Position numbers and translations under genes: made by a program. Source: Octopus sinensis (lineage: Eukaryota). Taken from it: 64,000 nt of DNA. The notes under the pieces were generated by a model, which worked only from the letters and a program-made list of their open reading frames with translations, was not told where the DNA came from and made no database searches. Within the stretch, counting starts at the first letter, position 1. Each line of letters opens with the position of its first letter. Shown here piece after piece: positions 23,907 to 37,500 of the stretch. The DNA is taken from NCBI RefSeq assembly GCF_006345805.1, contig NC_043003.1, positions 38,068,001 through 38,132,000 of the forward strand, in the 5' to 3' direction.

Positions 23907-24780
23907 AAAACGGAGATGTGGAACACGAGTTGTGATATATAAAAAAAGGAAATGAAGAAAATGCTGACAAAATAATTTAAGTAAGGGAGAGTGTATTTAA
24001 TTAGGTGAAAGTTCTTTTTTTAAACAAAAAAAGAGAAAAATTGGGCTAGAATACAATGTTCATTTTTAGTGAATGATTTCAGTGTATAAGAAAAAAAAGT
24101 AAGAGTCTTTTACAGTGTTCTGTTTCAGAATAAGATATTTAGTAAAAGCGTGTAATATACAGTTTTTTGTGGAAAAGTTCAATGTCAGATTTCAGTGTAG
24201 AATAAAAAAAGTAAGTGTTTACCGGTTGCGCATTTGTTATGCTTATCAAAAGATATTTTGAGTGAGATAGAGTTCCTTTCTGATTGATTTTTTCCTCTTA
24301 TCTGACTTTATGTTGGGTTTGCTGTCTCTTATATGTGAAAAAAAAGGCTCCAGAGTTGTTTAAGATTTGCTTTGTTTCGCACCTAAAATTTCTTGTGGAC
24401 AATGGTCAATACAATTTTGATTTGTCATTATAAAGGGGTCATGTGAATGTTTGAATGGAAGTTGGTGTTGGGGTAAGAAAATAGGCTCCAGAGATGTTAA
24501 AATTTGGCTGGTATCGCCTAAAATTTCTTATTGGTCATAATAAAGAGGTCACGTGAATGTGGTCATAATAGAGAGGTCACGTGAATGTTTAGAATGAATG
24601 TTGGTGTAGGTGGTGTATGGAGTTTTGGAAAATAGCATTGTTGAAAATTCTTATTGTTCAGGCTGGTCAGTAGACATCATGTGGATATTTTGAATAGCTT
24701 TTTAGTGTGTAGTTAAGGAGTGTATTTACCGCTTGACTGAATTTGAGCTGGAAAAGTAAGTTCCTTTAGGACAGGAAGAG
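23905..24780 (-). mobile_element. Probable Penelope-type terminal fragment with a decayed hammerhead motif at ~24215-24255
   Basis: Minus strand reads TTGATAA-GCAT-AACAA-ATGC-GCAA-CCGGTA (GAAA mutated). Inserted between microsatellites and carries short internal direct repeats. Confidence 0.45.
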
Positions 24781-24859
24781 CTATATGTATGTATGTGTGT
24801 GTGTGTGTGTTTTTATATGTATGTTGGGGCGCACACGTGTGTATATATGTGTGCATACA

Positions 24860-24980
24860 ATTTTCAATATTTATAGTTCTGCTGGCCTTGTGCCTGTATC
24901 GGGAAGCAACGTGTTTGTGACGCACCCATTGCTGCAGTCGACATCCAGGACGACCAGTCTACCCTCCGGGTCTACGAATA
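24860..24980 (-). mobile_element. Short Tx1 endonuclease fragment
   Basis: [19 protein letters not shown] matches the Tx1 endonuclease at 27914..28261. Confidence 0.7.
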
Positions 24981-24983
24981 TAC

Positions 24984-25014
<31 letters not shown>

Positions 25015-25099
25015 ATATATAAAATATATGCATATATACATACATATCTGTACATACTTACATCTACATTTATAAATACATGCATGCATACATATATAT

Positions 25100-25134
<35 letters not shown>

Positions 25135-25431
25135 GAGTACAGGACACCACAAATAAATGTAGAACACGAGAGACGAAAACATAAAATCAAACAAGGAAAT
25201 GGACTTTTTTTAAACAACGAAAAAACAATACAGGACAAACAATACAAGGAAAATTCCCCTTCATCAGCTGTCCCTGTTTCAACTCAATGCGTGTTTCGAA
25301 GGTAAGGGCAGAACTCGGCCGAAGCCGTGTCCTGTACTCTGTTTTTTCGTTGTTTAAAAAAAGTCCTTTCTGAATAATAGGAATATGTGACACAGTATGA
25401 AGGCAGACAATATGGAACTTTTGTCTGTAGT

Positions 25432-27039
25432 TCTCTCTTTCCCCCGTCTGTCTTGATAGACAATGGGTCGCGCCAAGGGTGGGGCCTACTTTGATGATGA
25501 GCAGCGTCTGCTGTGACTGAACAGTCCAATTCTAGAGTGGCAGTCCGTGGTACAGTTGCTGCACACGAACATCGATGGGTACGTGTGGGGTGTTGCTGCA
25601 GTTGTCCTCCTCCTGTCCCGCCTGTCCGACCACAGCTGTGCTCTCCTTTCCTCAGCCATGGAAACGCCTTTCCTCACTGTCCGACGCCAGGCAGAGCGGT
25701 CAGCAGCTGTTACCTCCCACGTGTCCACACAGATGTTGGCAGTCCTCAGGTCGCGCTTGCACACATCCCTGTATCGTAGCTGTGGACGTCCCTTGGGTCG
25801 GGATCCCGTGGTGAGTTCGCTGTACAGGATGTCTTTAGGCATGCGACCGTCCTGCATGCGGCAGACGTGTCCGAGCCAGCGCAGTCGTCTCCGCACGAGG
25901 AGGACATTATTGTGAGCGTGTTGTTTTCCCACACTCTCCTGGAGAGCTTAGCCATGGCAGCAGCAGCCTTCCCAATCCGTCTGTTCAGCTCCGGCTCGAG
26001 GGACAGGCTGCTGGAGACCGTCGATCCCAGGTAAGTGAACTCGTTCACCACCTGCAAGCTGTGTGGTCGCCGACACTGATGCTGGGGACCCCTTCGATGT
26101 CCTGGCCCATGATCTCTGTCTTTTTCAGGCCGATGGTAAGGCCGAACTCTTGGCAGGCATCCGCCAGGGAGCTGACCAGCCTCTAGAGACCTGGCTGGTT
26201 GTGTGACGTTAGGGCGGCATCGTCAGCAAAGAGGATCTTAGCTCTGAGGCTTTGGTCTTAGCTCTGAGGCGCGCAAGATTGAACAACCCACCATCAGCCC
26301 TGGTGTGGAGGAACACTCAGTCGTCGGACATTCTGAAGGCATAGGACAGGACAAGGGAGAAGAAAATTCCGAAGAGCGTCGGCGCCAGAACGCAACCCTG
26401 TTTCACTCCACTCTGGATGGGGAACGACTCCGAGGGCGATCCGTCAAAGTGCACTGTTCTCTGCATACCGTTGTGAAAGGAGGTGATGAGTTTCAGCAGT
26501 CTGGGAGGGCAACCTATCCTACCCAGGAGCGCAAACAGCCCCTCCCTGCTGACTGAGTCGAACGCCTTAGCCAGGTCGATGAAGGCCACGTATAGGGGCT
26601 GTCTCTGTTCTCGACTCTTTTCTTGAAGCTGCCTGAGTGAGAAGATCATGTCGATTGTAGACCTCTCTGCCCTAAAGCCAGACTGAGACTCGGGGTACAC
26701 ACGCTCTGCAAGCATTTGCAACCTCTTCAGGACCACCCTGGCAAATGCCTTACCGACAGTGCTGAGCGGTGATATGCCCCTGTAATTATTACAGTCGCTT
26801 CTGTCCCCTTTGTTTTTATACAGTGTGATGATGTTTGCGTCACGCATATCCTTAGGGACAGAGCCCTCCTCCCAGCACTGACAGAGCAGCTCGTGGAGAT
26901 GGCCCAGAAGGGCTGGCTTCCCGCACTGGATGACTTCTGCCGGGATGCCGTCTTGCCCTGGTGCCTTGCCCCGAGCGAGTGAGTCAATTGCTTTGCTCAG
27001 TTCTTCCTTTGTTGGAGGCAGGTCAAGCTCCTCCATGAC
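25432..27039 (-). mobile_element. 5'-truncated RTE-clade LINE
   Basis: KAPGQDGIPAE, NYRGIS, QSGFR..RSTIDMIFSLRQLQEK, GVKQGCVLAPTLF, LFADD, RLRWLGHV and a C-terminal zinc finger. The uninterrupted target (tttgtctgtagtatatat) is at ~17990-18010. Confidence 0.92.
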
Positions 27040-29652
27040 AGTATATATATACATATATATGTATGCGTATGTTTATACATATGGATATATATTTGTAGAT
27101 ATACTTATAATTCTGCTACACCAGTTACTGAATGTTATGCCGAATGGTGGCTTTGTTGCCCTGTTGCGCCTCTGCCACCCGAGCCTCTCTCGCGGCTCCA
27201 ACACCGTTCCTTAGAGCATGCATCCTAGCTCTGACAGCACACCCTTCATGTTTGGCGTTGAAGTGTTGGTCGAGGGCCAACCTCGCCGCCAAAACGTCAG
27301 ATGCGATGCCGCTTCTAATTGCCTCTTCTAGCTTCTTAACTAGCTCACCCTCTACTCTATTTCTATCTATGGCTAGTGCTTTGCTGTACCTAATCGCTTC
27401 TGCTTTTACTGCTCTCTTGAGGGCAAACCACCTTTTGTTGTTGATGATGGCTCCCGTCAAAGCCCTCTTTGCTAGTGTGCTAATCCGGTCTCTGAAAACC
27501 TGTCTCGATGGGAAAGACGCGTTTAGTTTCCAGTATCCGGGACCCTGCCTAAGTGTCTTACCTAAGTCTAGCGTACATGTCACAAGTTTGTGATCTGTGT
27601 AGCTGACTATGTGGAATTGTAGACATCCTATGCTATCTCTATCTACATAGTATCCTATCTAGATACGATCTCGACGACCTTATTCGGTTGCTCCATGTCC
27701 ACGTTGGCGCATTTGGGTGGTCTAGTCAGAACCTGTCAGACAGTTGAAAGCGTCTGAGCAGGTCTCTGAGGCATTTGCATTCCTGTCTATTCCTATCTCT
27801 ACCCACGTAGTCTACATGCATGTCCAAGGTAGCATTCCAATCCCCCACTAAGAGTAAAGGACGAGACGTTCCCAAGAATACTTCTAGACGTTGAAAGAAA
27901 TCCGCCCGACCTGTTAAGGGCAGTGCGTAGACTGATACGAGTCGAAAAGCGCACCATTGCTGCCGTCGACATCCAGGACGACCAGTCTACCCTCTGGGTC
28001 TATGAATATTGTCTTTACTTTGAGATCCAGACTCTTGCGAAAAAGTACTGCGGTGCCACTACCGCCCATTCTTGGCAGACAGGGGGAAAAATAAATGTTG
28101 AACTGTCCACCAAACATGGTCTTTAGGGCCCACGGATTGTGGAGTCTGGTCTCACTTATGGCTATGATTTCTAACTTATGTGATTTTATGTCATTTAAGA
28201 GGTACCCTTGTTTCCAAGGGGACCCCAAGCCACTCGCATTTACACAACCAATCTTGATCATACTCCTAATGAATTAGAATACAAGTGAAAGGAACAGAGG
28301 GTTACTTACTGCTCGAAAGTTTTTGCTTTCTCCTCCTTTGGTTTGTCCTCGAGGAGATCTCAGTAAAGTTTCTTTGTTAGATATTTTTGGCATTTACCAA
28401 CCGCACTGGGGAAAATGCCTTTGAGTGTGTGGTGCAGACTTTTGGAGATGTGTAATATTTTGATGTGGTCTGGTGGTGTTGTGTATGGGTGATTGTTTGT
28501 TTTTATGTCATCTTCTGTTATGTTTGTTTTTGATTTGATGTATTCCATCAAATTTGTTTTTGGTGTCTATAGCTGTGAGCATGTTTGCTGTATATATTTT
28601 TGTGGTGTTGGTGTGGCTGTTGTTTGTGTTGGGTTTTGAAGTGTCTTCGGGAGATGTATTTCCCCTGCTTTGTTTGTGTTTGCATTTGGTTTGGTTGTGT
28701 TTCTGCTCTTTATTTTCCTTTTTTTTCTAGCTATTTGCCATTCGTCACTGGTTTCGTCTTCTGACGAATTTTCTGAGGAATCAGTATGGGGAAGGGGTAT
28801 GTTGTAGGCTTCTATGTATGTCTGTGTAGGTGATTGTGCTGTTGTTTTCGTTGGTGTTGGTTGTTGAGTGTTTGTGTGTGGTGAGTGCGGTATAAGGGAT
28901 GGGGAGTCAGTTTTTGTAAATTTTCTTTGTTTTTCTGTTCCTTTGGTTCTTGCTGTTGTTGGTGGTGTTGGTATTTTCTCAGGTGTTGAGTAATTTTTGG
29001 TTGTTGACGGCTTAGCTTGGTGTGCTTCTCTTGTCGTCTTCTGTGTTGATGGTGGTGTGGGTAGTAGGGCTTTTTTCTCCAAGTGTTTTGGTTGTGGTAG
29101 TGGTTGTTGCTGTTGCTCTTGGTGTGGAGTGGTTGGGCATGTCTTTTTCAAGTGTGTTTTGCTTCCACACAAATAGCAACATGGTCGCCTGCCCTCTACT
29201 ACTACATGAAGTTTGTAGCCTCCTGGCAGTTCTATAGTGAGGGGTATTTTTTCTCTTGTTTCATCCAATTGGAGAAGGAATTGGATTGATTTTCCCACCC
29301 AGTCTTTTTGTCTTAGAACAGCGATTTCAAGGATTTTTGTCTCTGCGATTTCAAAGCAGATGGCAGAGACTAACCATTGTATTTAGACATCAGGTGGTAC
29401 ATTTTTTATTTGGACTTTCGTCAGTCTCTGGTTTAAATAGATTGGTATCATTACCAAGTCGTCTGAATGCAGCTCCAATGTGGAGAATCGTTTTGCTAAA
29501 TTTTCGTTGAGGAAACATACTTGGACTGTACCAAATTTATTTCCCCAACTGATATACTCCTTAGAGTCCCATGCAGGAAGAAGACATTTTTCAATTTTTT
29601 GCTGCGGTGCATTTTCTGGTTGTTTTGCTTTCTTGTTGATGACTTTCTAGAG

Positions 29653-31992
29653 CAGTGTTTCCCAACCTTTTTTCCCGGCGCCCCACTTTTTCATAGCAAA
29701 AGTTTTTACGCCCCACCTTTTCCCATGTCCACTCACATTTACAAGTACATGTGGGCCTACTTACAATTGAAAAAAAATCAAAAATTAAAAAATTGTATTC
29801 AAAATACAAAAAAATAGTTTGAGAATTGAAACAACAGGCACTGAAAGTGCATAACACCCAATAAATCGATAAAATTATTACGATTTCTCATGTTTTTAAA
29901 AAATGTCAATTATAAAGAATAAAGAAACACGTTTTTTCAGTTCAATTATTTGACGGTCAGCTCGACTAATTTAGTGAGAACCCTGTGCCTGATGCATACA
30001 GCACAAGTTTTTAATTTGAGGAGACAACTTTGTTAATTTCAGTCGTATATCGCCACGTTTTGTAATCTCAAGCCGGTTTCTCTTGGCTTCGAGCAAATTA
30101 TCAACTGCACTAAAACCACATTCGACCAAATAAGACGAAGGGAAAGGAATCAGTAGCTCTCTCGCTGATGTAGAAATTTTAGGATATTTTCTTTCAACCT
30201 CGTCATATAGCCACATCTTTGTACCTTTCAATTTAAACAAAGTCTTCACTGATTCATCATGTTGTAATTCTGATAACTCTTCTTGGTATTGGATTGTAGC
30301 ATCAGAAACGTTAATCAGAAGCGGTTGAGTTAACCAAGAAGGAAAATTCATTGCCTTTAAATCGCAAAATCTGTCATTGAAATCCTTTATCAAGATATTT
30401 AAATGATCAATAATTACAATGCCAGCATCATTCGTTATTTCACATTTACTCAACCAGTAAAGTTCACTGAAATTTCTTTTGGAAAATTTCTTTTTCCATA
30501 ATTCGAGAGCTGTAATAAATCCAAAAATCTTTGCTTTTGCATCAATAAGTGTCATGTTTGCACCTTGAAGTTGTTTATTCAAGTTTCTCAAATATGTCTG
30601 TCAAATAACTGACAAATGCTTTTCCATCCGTTGTTGACAGCAATTTCATTTCACATTTATCACTAAGAAAGTCGTTAATCTGATCAAATAATTCCATGAA
30701 CCTCTTTAAGCAGTTTCCACTTGATAGCCATCTTACTTCTGTATGAAGCAATAATCGAACATGTTCGGCACTTTGATTTATACAAAACTGCTTAAAAAGA
30801 CGTTCAGATTTAGAATTTCTTTTAATGCTGTTGACACACTTGATCACACTTTGAAGAATCTTGTTAAGAACAGGGGACAATTTCTTGGCAACCAAGTTTT
30901 CTCGGTGTATTACACAATGGACAGTCAACATGTTTGGATTTTCATCCTTCATCATTTTTAAGCATCCCGTATTCTTGCCCATCATGGCAGGTGCACCGTC
31001 TGCCGCACATGCCAGTAAGTTCTCCTTTGGTATTTTGTTTGCATCCAAATAATGTTTGATTTTGATGTAAATATCATTTGCAGTTGTGGTGGTTTCAAAC
31101 GATTCGCAGAACAGCATCTCTTCCTGAAACTCCTCGTGGTCAATATACCTCACATAAGTCAATAACAGAGCCTCACTGTCCCGGATTGTGGATTCGTCCA
31201 TTTGTAATGAAAACTTACGCAATTTTAATTTCTCAATGAGCTGGCTTTCAACATCTTGCCCCATTTCATCTATTCTGTTCGAGACAGTGTTATTACTGAG
31301 TGGCATAGTCCTGATATCTCCATCTTTTTGTAATACAGTTTTTAAGAATATTGAGATAGCAGGTTTAATCAGTTGCTCTCCAATAGTGTGATTCTTTCCA
31401 TGTTTTGCTATAAGCAAGGAGATTTCGTAGCTGGCTTCAAGGGCACGAGTATGAGGCGCTTGTTTTGCATGAAATAGTGAAGTGAGTTTTGTTCGGTTTT
31501 TAAATTTTTCTTTCATGATTTGAAGTATTCCAAATCTAAATTAGAATATTAGGATGTCTTACCTTTAAGTGCGCTTCCAGCCTACCTGCCTTCATTGACT
31601 CATTGCTCATCGTCTGATTACATAATAAGCAAAACGGTTTACGCTCATCATGCTCATCAGGAATGAATCCAAACTTCAAAAACTCCACCGCGTATTGACG
31701 AGTCTCTCTTCTTGTTTGGTTTGCTCATTTTCAATAGGGCTAACAAAAGACTAATTGAGGCAACTAATTGAGGCAATGATTGGCTTATCTGAATAGTAAG
31801 TTTATTGCTCAGTGCTGGATCTTCTTTGTCTCGCTGGGGTGCGAGAGTTTCCGATGTGGAGGCTTCAAAGGAAAGACGGAATCTAAGGTTGTGCCCGCGA
31901 TGACCGCTCGTCATGTACAAATATTTTCACAGCCCACGTCTATGCCCCGCGCCCCACCAGAATTTTCTCAGGCCCCACCTTGGGAATCACTG
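29653..31992 (-). mobile_element. Full-length Buster-type hAT DNA transposon
   Basis: TIRs CAGTGTTTCCCAA / TTGGGAATCACTG. 8-bp TSD TTCTAGAG (29645-29652, 31993-32000) with central TA. Confidence 0.95.
29971..31728 (-). pseudogene. Buster/ZBED5-like hAT transposase, frameshifted
   Basis: PFCLLC..HP BED finger, FSLQMDEST, DGAPAMMG, HCVIHRENL, TEVRWLS and FPSSYLVECGFS, spread over at least 3 frames. Confidence 0.9.
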
Positions 31993-32621
31993 TTCTAGAG
32001 TATTGTTTTTTTTTGTGTGTTTTCCATGATGTGTTGTGGAATGTGAAGATGCAATTTGTCTCCTTCTTTGGTGAAGAGTGCTTTTGTGAGGTTTATTTCC
32101 TGTGTGGTGAATTTTACGATTGTTCATTTTTGTTTTGTCGCATCCGCGAAGTTCGTTTTAATATTGGTGGTGTTAGCAGCAGAAGGGTTGGTTGTAGCAG
32201 TTGAAGTCGTAGTGGTGTTGGTGTCTTTGGTAGGCGGCTTTGAACTTTTGTCAGCACCATTATGTATCAGACAGATTCTGGTATTTCTTAAAACATGTAC
32301 AGAATGACTGCAATTAGAATCCCCAGGAAAAGCAGGGGCTAGACTGATGTTGCTGGTTCTTGATGCATCGGCTTTAAAGCCTTTTGTTGTTGTATTCTTA
32401 CTTTTTGTGTCGAAATCAATTTTTGCCATTTCGAAATTATTGTCATAAACCAACCAAGTTGAATATTCTGACTTACTCCAGATTGTGGATAAATAACTCA
32501 TATGCATAACTTATTGGCACGGATATCAAGGAATGCAGTATTTTCATATTTGGTATTTCTATCTTAAGGGTGAAATTTTCTCTTCATTGAAGTTGTGAGA
32601 ACTATATATCTGTGAAATATA

Positions 32622-33350
32622 CTAGCAGTGTAGCCCGGTGTTGCTCTGGTTTGTTTTTTAGTTGCACTTAAAACAGCAGACTTTGATGTCACGTTAACAC
32701 AGCTTTGACATAGTTTCAATCTACGAATAAAAGTATAGTGTGACGATGCCCGAGTTTGCTCTGAATGGGCTGCAAATGTGTAATACCGACTTCAGGTGTT
32801 GGTATTGTTGGCTTAAATTCCTTCTATTAACATTATTCCATAGGAGCTGATTCCAAAGCGTATTTAAAGCTCTGAATGTAGCTGTTGTCCTGTGAAGCAT
32901 TTCTTGCAATTCAAGAAGGGGGCCCATTCTAGCTTGCAGTTTAATTGAATATTTATCGTTTTCATCTGTGAAGGCAAATAAATTTTACCTTGCGGCCTGT
33001 TGAAAGCTGTCTGAAATAAAGTATAGCTAGAGAAATTGCAGTGGATTATTATCAACAGGCTGCAGAGAGCCGATAAAATGATGCACCTGACCATGAACTT
33101 TAAAAGTTGGTATAAATTCCTTCTTATCAAACTTATAACTGGATCCAAACGGGTTCATCTGGAAGTCACAATTGTAACGTCGGATACCTTTAAAGAAGGC
33201 CCTTGATATAGGATGGGTACCTGTAAGAAGAAATTTAAGTGGCTGTGGTGGATCCCTAGGTGTAGGTAGTTATACCTTTCCATTTGAACAGCACAATCCC
33301 GCTTGTTCACCTACCCATTTTTTAGCATTGCAAAATTGACAAGTTGTCAT
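32622..33350 (-). mobile_element. Helitron 3' terminus fused to a Rep N-terminal fragment; copies start at 37780, 44774, 51708, 59052
   Basis: Minus strand ends CCAGAGCAACACCGGG (imperfect hairpin)-8 nt-CTAG|T. Upstream translation IRRYNCDFQMNPFG…FIPTFKVHGQVHHFIGSLQP matches the Helitron motif YNSAFQMTSFG..FKVQGQVYH.IGSL. Confidence 0.82.
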
Positions 33351-34026
33351 AAACCACCCAAGTTGAATATTCTGACTTACATGTTGTCTCCAGATTGTGG
33401 AGACATTACTTTTATGCATAACTTATTGGCACGGATTTTAAGGAATGCAGTATTTTCATATTTAGTATTTCAATATGAAGAGTGATATTTGCTCCCCATT
33501 GAAGTTGTGAAAACTATATATCTTTGAAATACAAAAGTAAAGACGTAAAGTAAGTACAGTTAGGGAGCTTTTTAATGATCACTATAAATGTTTTGATACA
33601 TATAGATCTACATATTGAAATGAATTTTTTGAATTTGCTGTCATCACAAAACAACAAATTCAAATATCTTGACTTGCATGTCATCTGCAAATTGTTTAGA
33701 CATTGTTGTATCACATTCATATACCCGATGAATGCAAAGCTAGGAATGCAGTGTTTCCATATTTGGTACATGTATAGAAAGTCTAGCATTTCCATATTTG
33801 GTAAATGTATATAAAGGGGAGCATTTTTACCGCACCCAAATAGTTACATACACACATACATATCTACATATTCTTCATCTTTTAGCTTTTATCTGCTTCA
33901 TTTATTAAATTCTTAGCATGCAGTCAATATCTATTCCTGGAATGAAATACGTTTTTTATGTATATATAAATATGTGTGTGTATGTCTGTATGCACATGTA
34001 TGTGTAGGTACATATGTACATGTGTG

Positions 34027-34065
<39 letters not shown>

Positions 34066-34458
34066 GATATACACACACTCAAATATATACATATATATGC
34101 ATGTGTATACACATGGATGCATATTTATAGATATTCTGCTACACCAGTTACTGAATGTTATGCCTTTCTGAATAATGGCAATATGTGACAGTGTTTCCAT
34201 ATTTGGTATTTGTATAGAAAGGCTAGCATTTCCATATTTGGTACTTGTATATAAAGGGGAGCATTTTTACCCCGCCCAAATAGCTATACACGCACGCACG
34301 CACGAGTATACACAATGATGATGATACATATTCTTCATCTTTTAGCTTTTATCTGCTTCATTTATTAAATTCTTAGCATCCAGTCAATATCTATTCCTGG
34401 AATGAAATATGTTTTTTATGTATATATAAATGTGTGTATGTCTGTATACACATGTGTG

Positions 34459-34511
<53 letters not shown>

Positions 34512-37500
34512 CACACACACTCAAATATATAGATATATTTGCATGTGTGTACACATGGATGCATATTTATAGATATTCTGCTACACCAATTACTGAATGT
34601 TATGCCTTTCTGAATAATGGCAATTTGTGACACTGTGTGAATGCTGATATTGTGGGACATTTTTGAGCACCATTATGAATCCGAGGTATTCTCATAATTC
34701 TTAAACATGTAGATAACCTGAATTATAAATCCTAGGACAAGCCTGAGGCTGAATCTGCTGCTACTTTTTCTAGATTCATCTATGTGAAGAACTTTTGATG
34801 GTGTATTCTTAATAATAATAATAAAACATTGTGTACAGTGCTCAGGTGCACTACAACTCATCTAAAGTGTATGTATAGTACAAAGGGTAATGTACAGGTT
34901 CCAATCTGCTCTCTTCCAATCGAAGGAAGCAGATTAGATATGGTTCGGGTTTTTGTTGTTGCCGCAAGAGCCAGATTGGCGATGATCATAGCATGATCAG
35001 TCGCCTAGAGGTTCCTCCGTAGTACAATTGATAACCGCTTTAAGAGTTGTGGTGAAGAGCAGGTCCAAGGCGTTGTCGCCTCTTGTTGGAGAGGTGACTA
35101 CTTGTGACCAGTTTGAGTCCAGGACAAGCTGAATGGAATCGTTTGCACTCTGTGGCCAATGGAAGGTTTCCCAATTGATCTCAAAATGATTGAAGTCGCC
35201 TGCAATAAAAACATAAGTGGCTGTTTTCCTGGCAGCAGCTCGGAGGATATCGCAAAACTGTGTGTCTTGATGGTAATTTGGGGGACGATAAAGCCAAGCA
35301 GGAGTGTTGACATGGTCATACGTATGTCATAGAAAAAAGCTTCTTCTCGTGATTCGTTCAAATCAGCACAAGGAATTACCGAAAAATTTGAATGAACGTA
35401 GACCATTACACCACCACCATGGCAGTTAATGCTGTCCTTACGGAAAAGGTTGTACCCAGTAATGTTGAAAACCCCATCACAGAGTAAGGAATGTGCCCAT
35501 GTTTCCATGACTGTGATGAAGTCAGGGTCAATACTTCTGACGTAGGAGTTGAACAGATGTATTTTGTTGCATAAACTGCGAGCATTTAAGGACAACAATT
35601 TGTACCCTGCTTGCAATTTATGATGGTGTGTAGAGGATGGCAGGTTGTTCTGGTTTAGTTTCCCAGAGTTGCTGTAGTTTTTTTTCCATTTTCAGTTATT
35701 GTGGGTAGAGAGCACTCAGACCAGGTGGTATCTCTCTTCCACGTTTCACCAGTCTTAACAAATCTCCAGATTTGTCCATCCTCACGAAGACTGAAACTTT
35801 CCTGCAGAGCTGAGTTCCGGTTCAGGGAAGCTGCTACACGTAGCTTCGGACGTACATCGGGTGGTAAGCCTGGGCGTGCTTGGAAGGTAGTCCAATTTTC
35901 AAGCCCAGCTTTAACTGAGGCCAGATGGTATGAGGTTGCCTCAGCATTGTCTGAAAAAGACAGCTTGATGAGCCTGGTTTTTGGGCCAGGTCGTCCAAGG
36001 CGGAGAACACCCATTCGGGGAACGCAGCCTAGTCTTTGGCTGAGTTGGCAGCAAATGCCTGAAGATCAACCATGTCTTCTGGTACCCCAATGGCAATAAC
36101 TTCGTGGGTAGCAGAATCCGCGTTCTTTAAGGAAGCCCTTGTGAGAGGATGGGTACCTGTAAGAAGAAATTTAAGTGGCTGTGGTGGATCCCTAGGTGTA
36201 GGTAGTTTTACCTTTCCATTTGAACAGCACAATCCCGCTGGTACACCTATCCATTTTTTAGCACTGCAAAATTGACAAGTTTTAGACATGCCGCCAATCT
36301 GATTGTGAGGGTGGTCTGCATAATCATTAGTGGGAACATAAGTGAAAGCCCTCAATGACCATCGTGATTTTATTGCTCTCGAAATACCTTGCCTATTGGC
36401 TTTGTACTGAGAAACATCCCCCTAGTCGATTGGATCTGTTATCTGCTGTCTCTGCAGCTCTGGCAGATGCAGTAGAAGCAGCGTCTCTGCTCAGATGCAG
36501 CTCACATTGAGCATCATTCTTTGCAGCTCTGGCAAATGCTGTAGAGGCAGCATTTCTATTCAGATGTAGTTCATGTTGTGCATCGTTCTCAGCAGCTCCT
36601 TCAGATCGTGCAGCTGCAGCCTTTCGGTCTAAACGAAGTCTATGCTGACTATTTTTGTCTGCAGCTTGTACATCTGCATTAATTGTTGCATTTCCATTGT
36701 TCTGATGTCAAACATTTTCGTTATTCAGCACAGCCTGTGGGAATGTTATACAATTGGAGAAGGAATTGGATTGATTTTCCCAGCCAGTCTTTTTGTCTTA
36801 GAACAGCGATTTCAAGGATGTTTGTCTCTGCCATTGTCTCTGCCATTTCAAAGCAGATGGCAGAGACTAAACATTGTATTTCGACATCAGGTGGTACATT
36901 TCTTATTTGGACTTTCGTCAGTTTCTGGTTTAAATAGATTGGTAACATTACCAAGTCGTCTGAATGCAGCTCCAATGTGGAGAATCGTTTTGCTAAATTT
37001 TCGTTGAGGGAACGTACTTGGACTGTACCAAATTTATTTCCCCAACTGATATACTCCTTAGAGTCCCATGCAGGACGAAGACATTTTTCAATTTTTTCCT
37101 ATGGTGCATTTTCTGGTCGTTTTGTTTTCTTGTTGATGACTTTCTAGATTATTGTTTTTTTTTGTGTGTTTTCCACGATGTGTTGTGGAATGTGAAGGTG
37201 CAATTTGTCTCCTTCATTGGTGAAGAGTGCTTTTGTGAGGTTTATTTCCTGTGTGGTGAATTTTATGATTGTTCGTTTTTGTTTTGTCGCATCCGCGAAG
37301 TTCGATTTAATTTTGGCGGTGTTCGCAGCAGAAGGGTTAGTTTTTGCAGTTGAAGTCGTGGTGTTGGTGTTGGTGTTGGCGTCTTTGGTAGGCGGTTTTG
37401 AACTTTTGTCAGCACCATTATGTATCAGAGAGATTCTGGTATTTCTTAAAACATGTACAGAATGACTGCAATTAGAATCCCCAGGAAAAGCAGGGACTAG

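Larger units (their letters stand above)
27138..32250 (-). mobile_element. Tx1/L1-clade LINE (ORF1 + endonuclease, no RT), split by the hAT; ORF1 fragments repeat at ~36750-37395, 43745-44390, 50680-51325, 58020-58670
   Basis: ORF1 zinc knuckle CYLCGSKTHLKKTC. ORF2 has MIKIGCVNASGL…ISETRL…GRLVVLD and GPGYWKLN. Confidence 0.85.
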
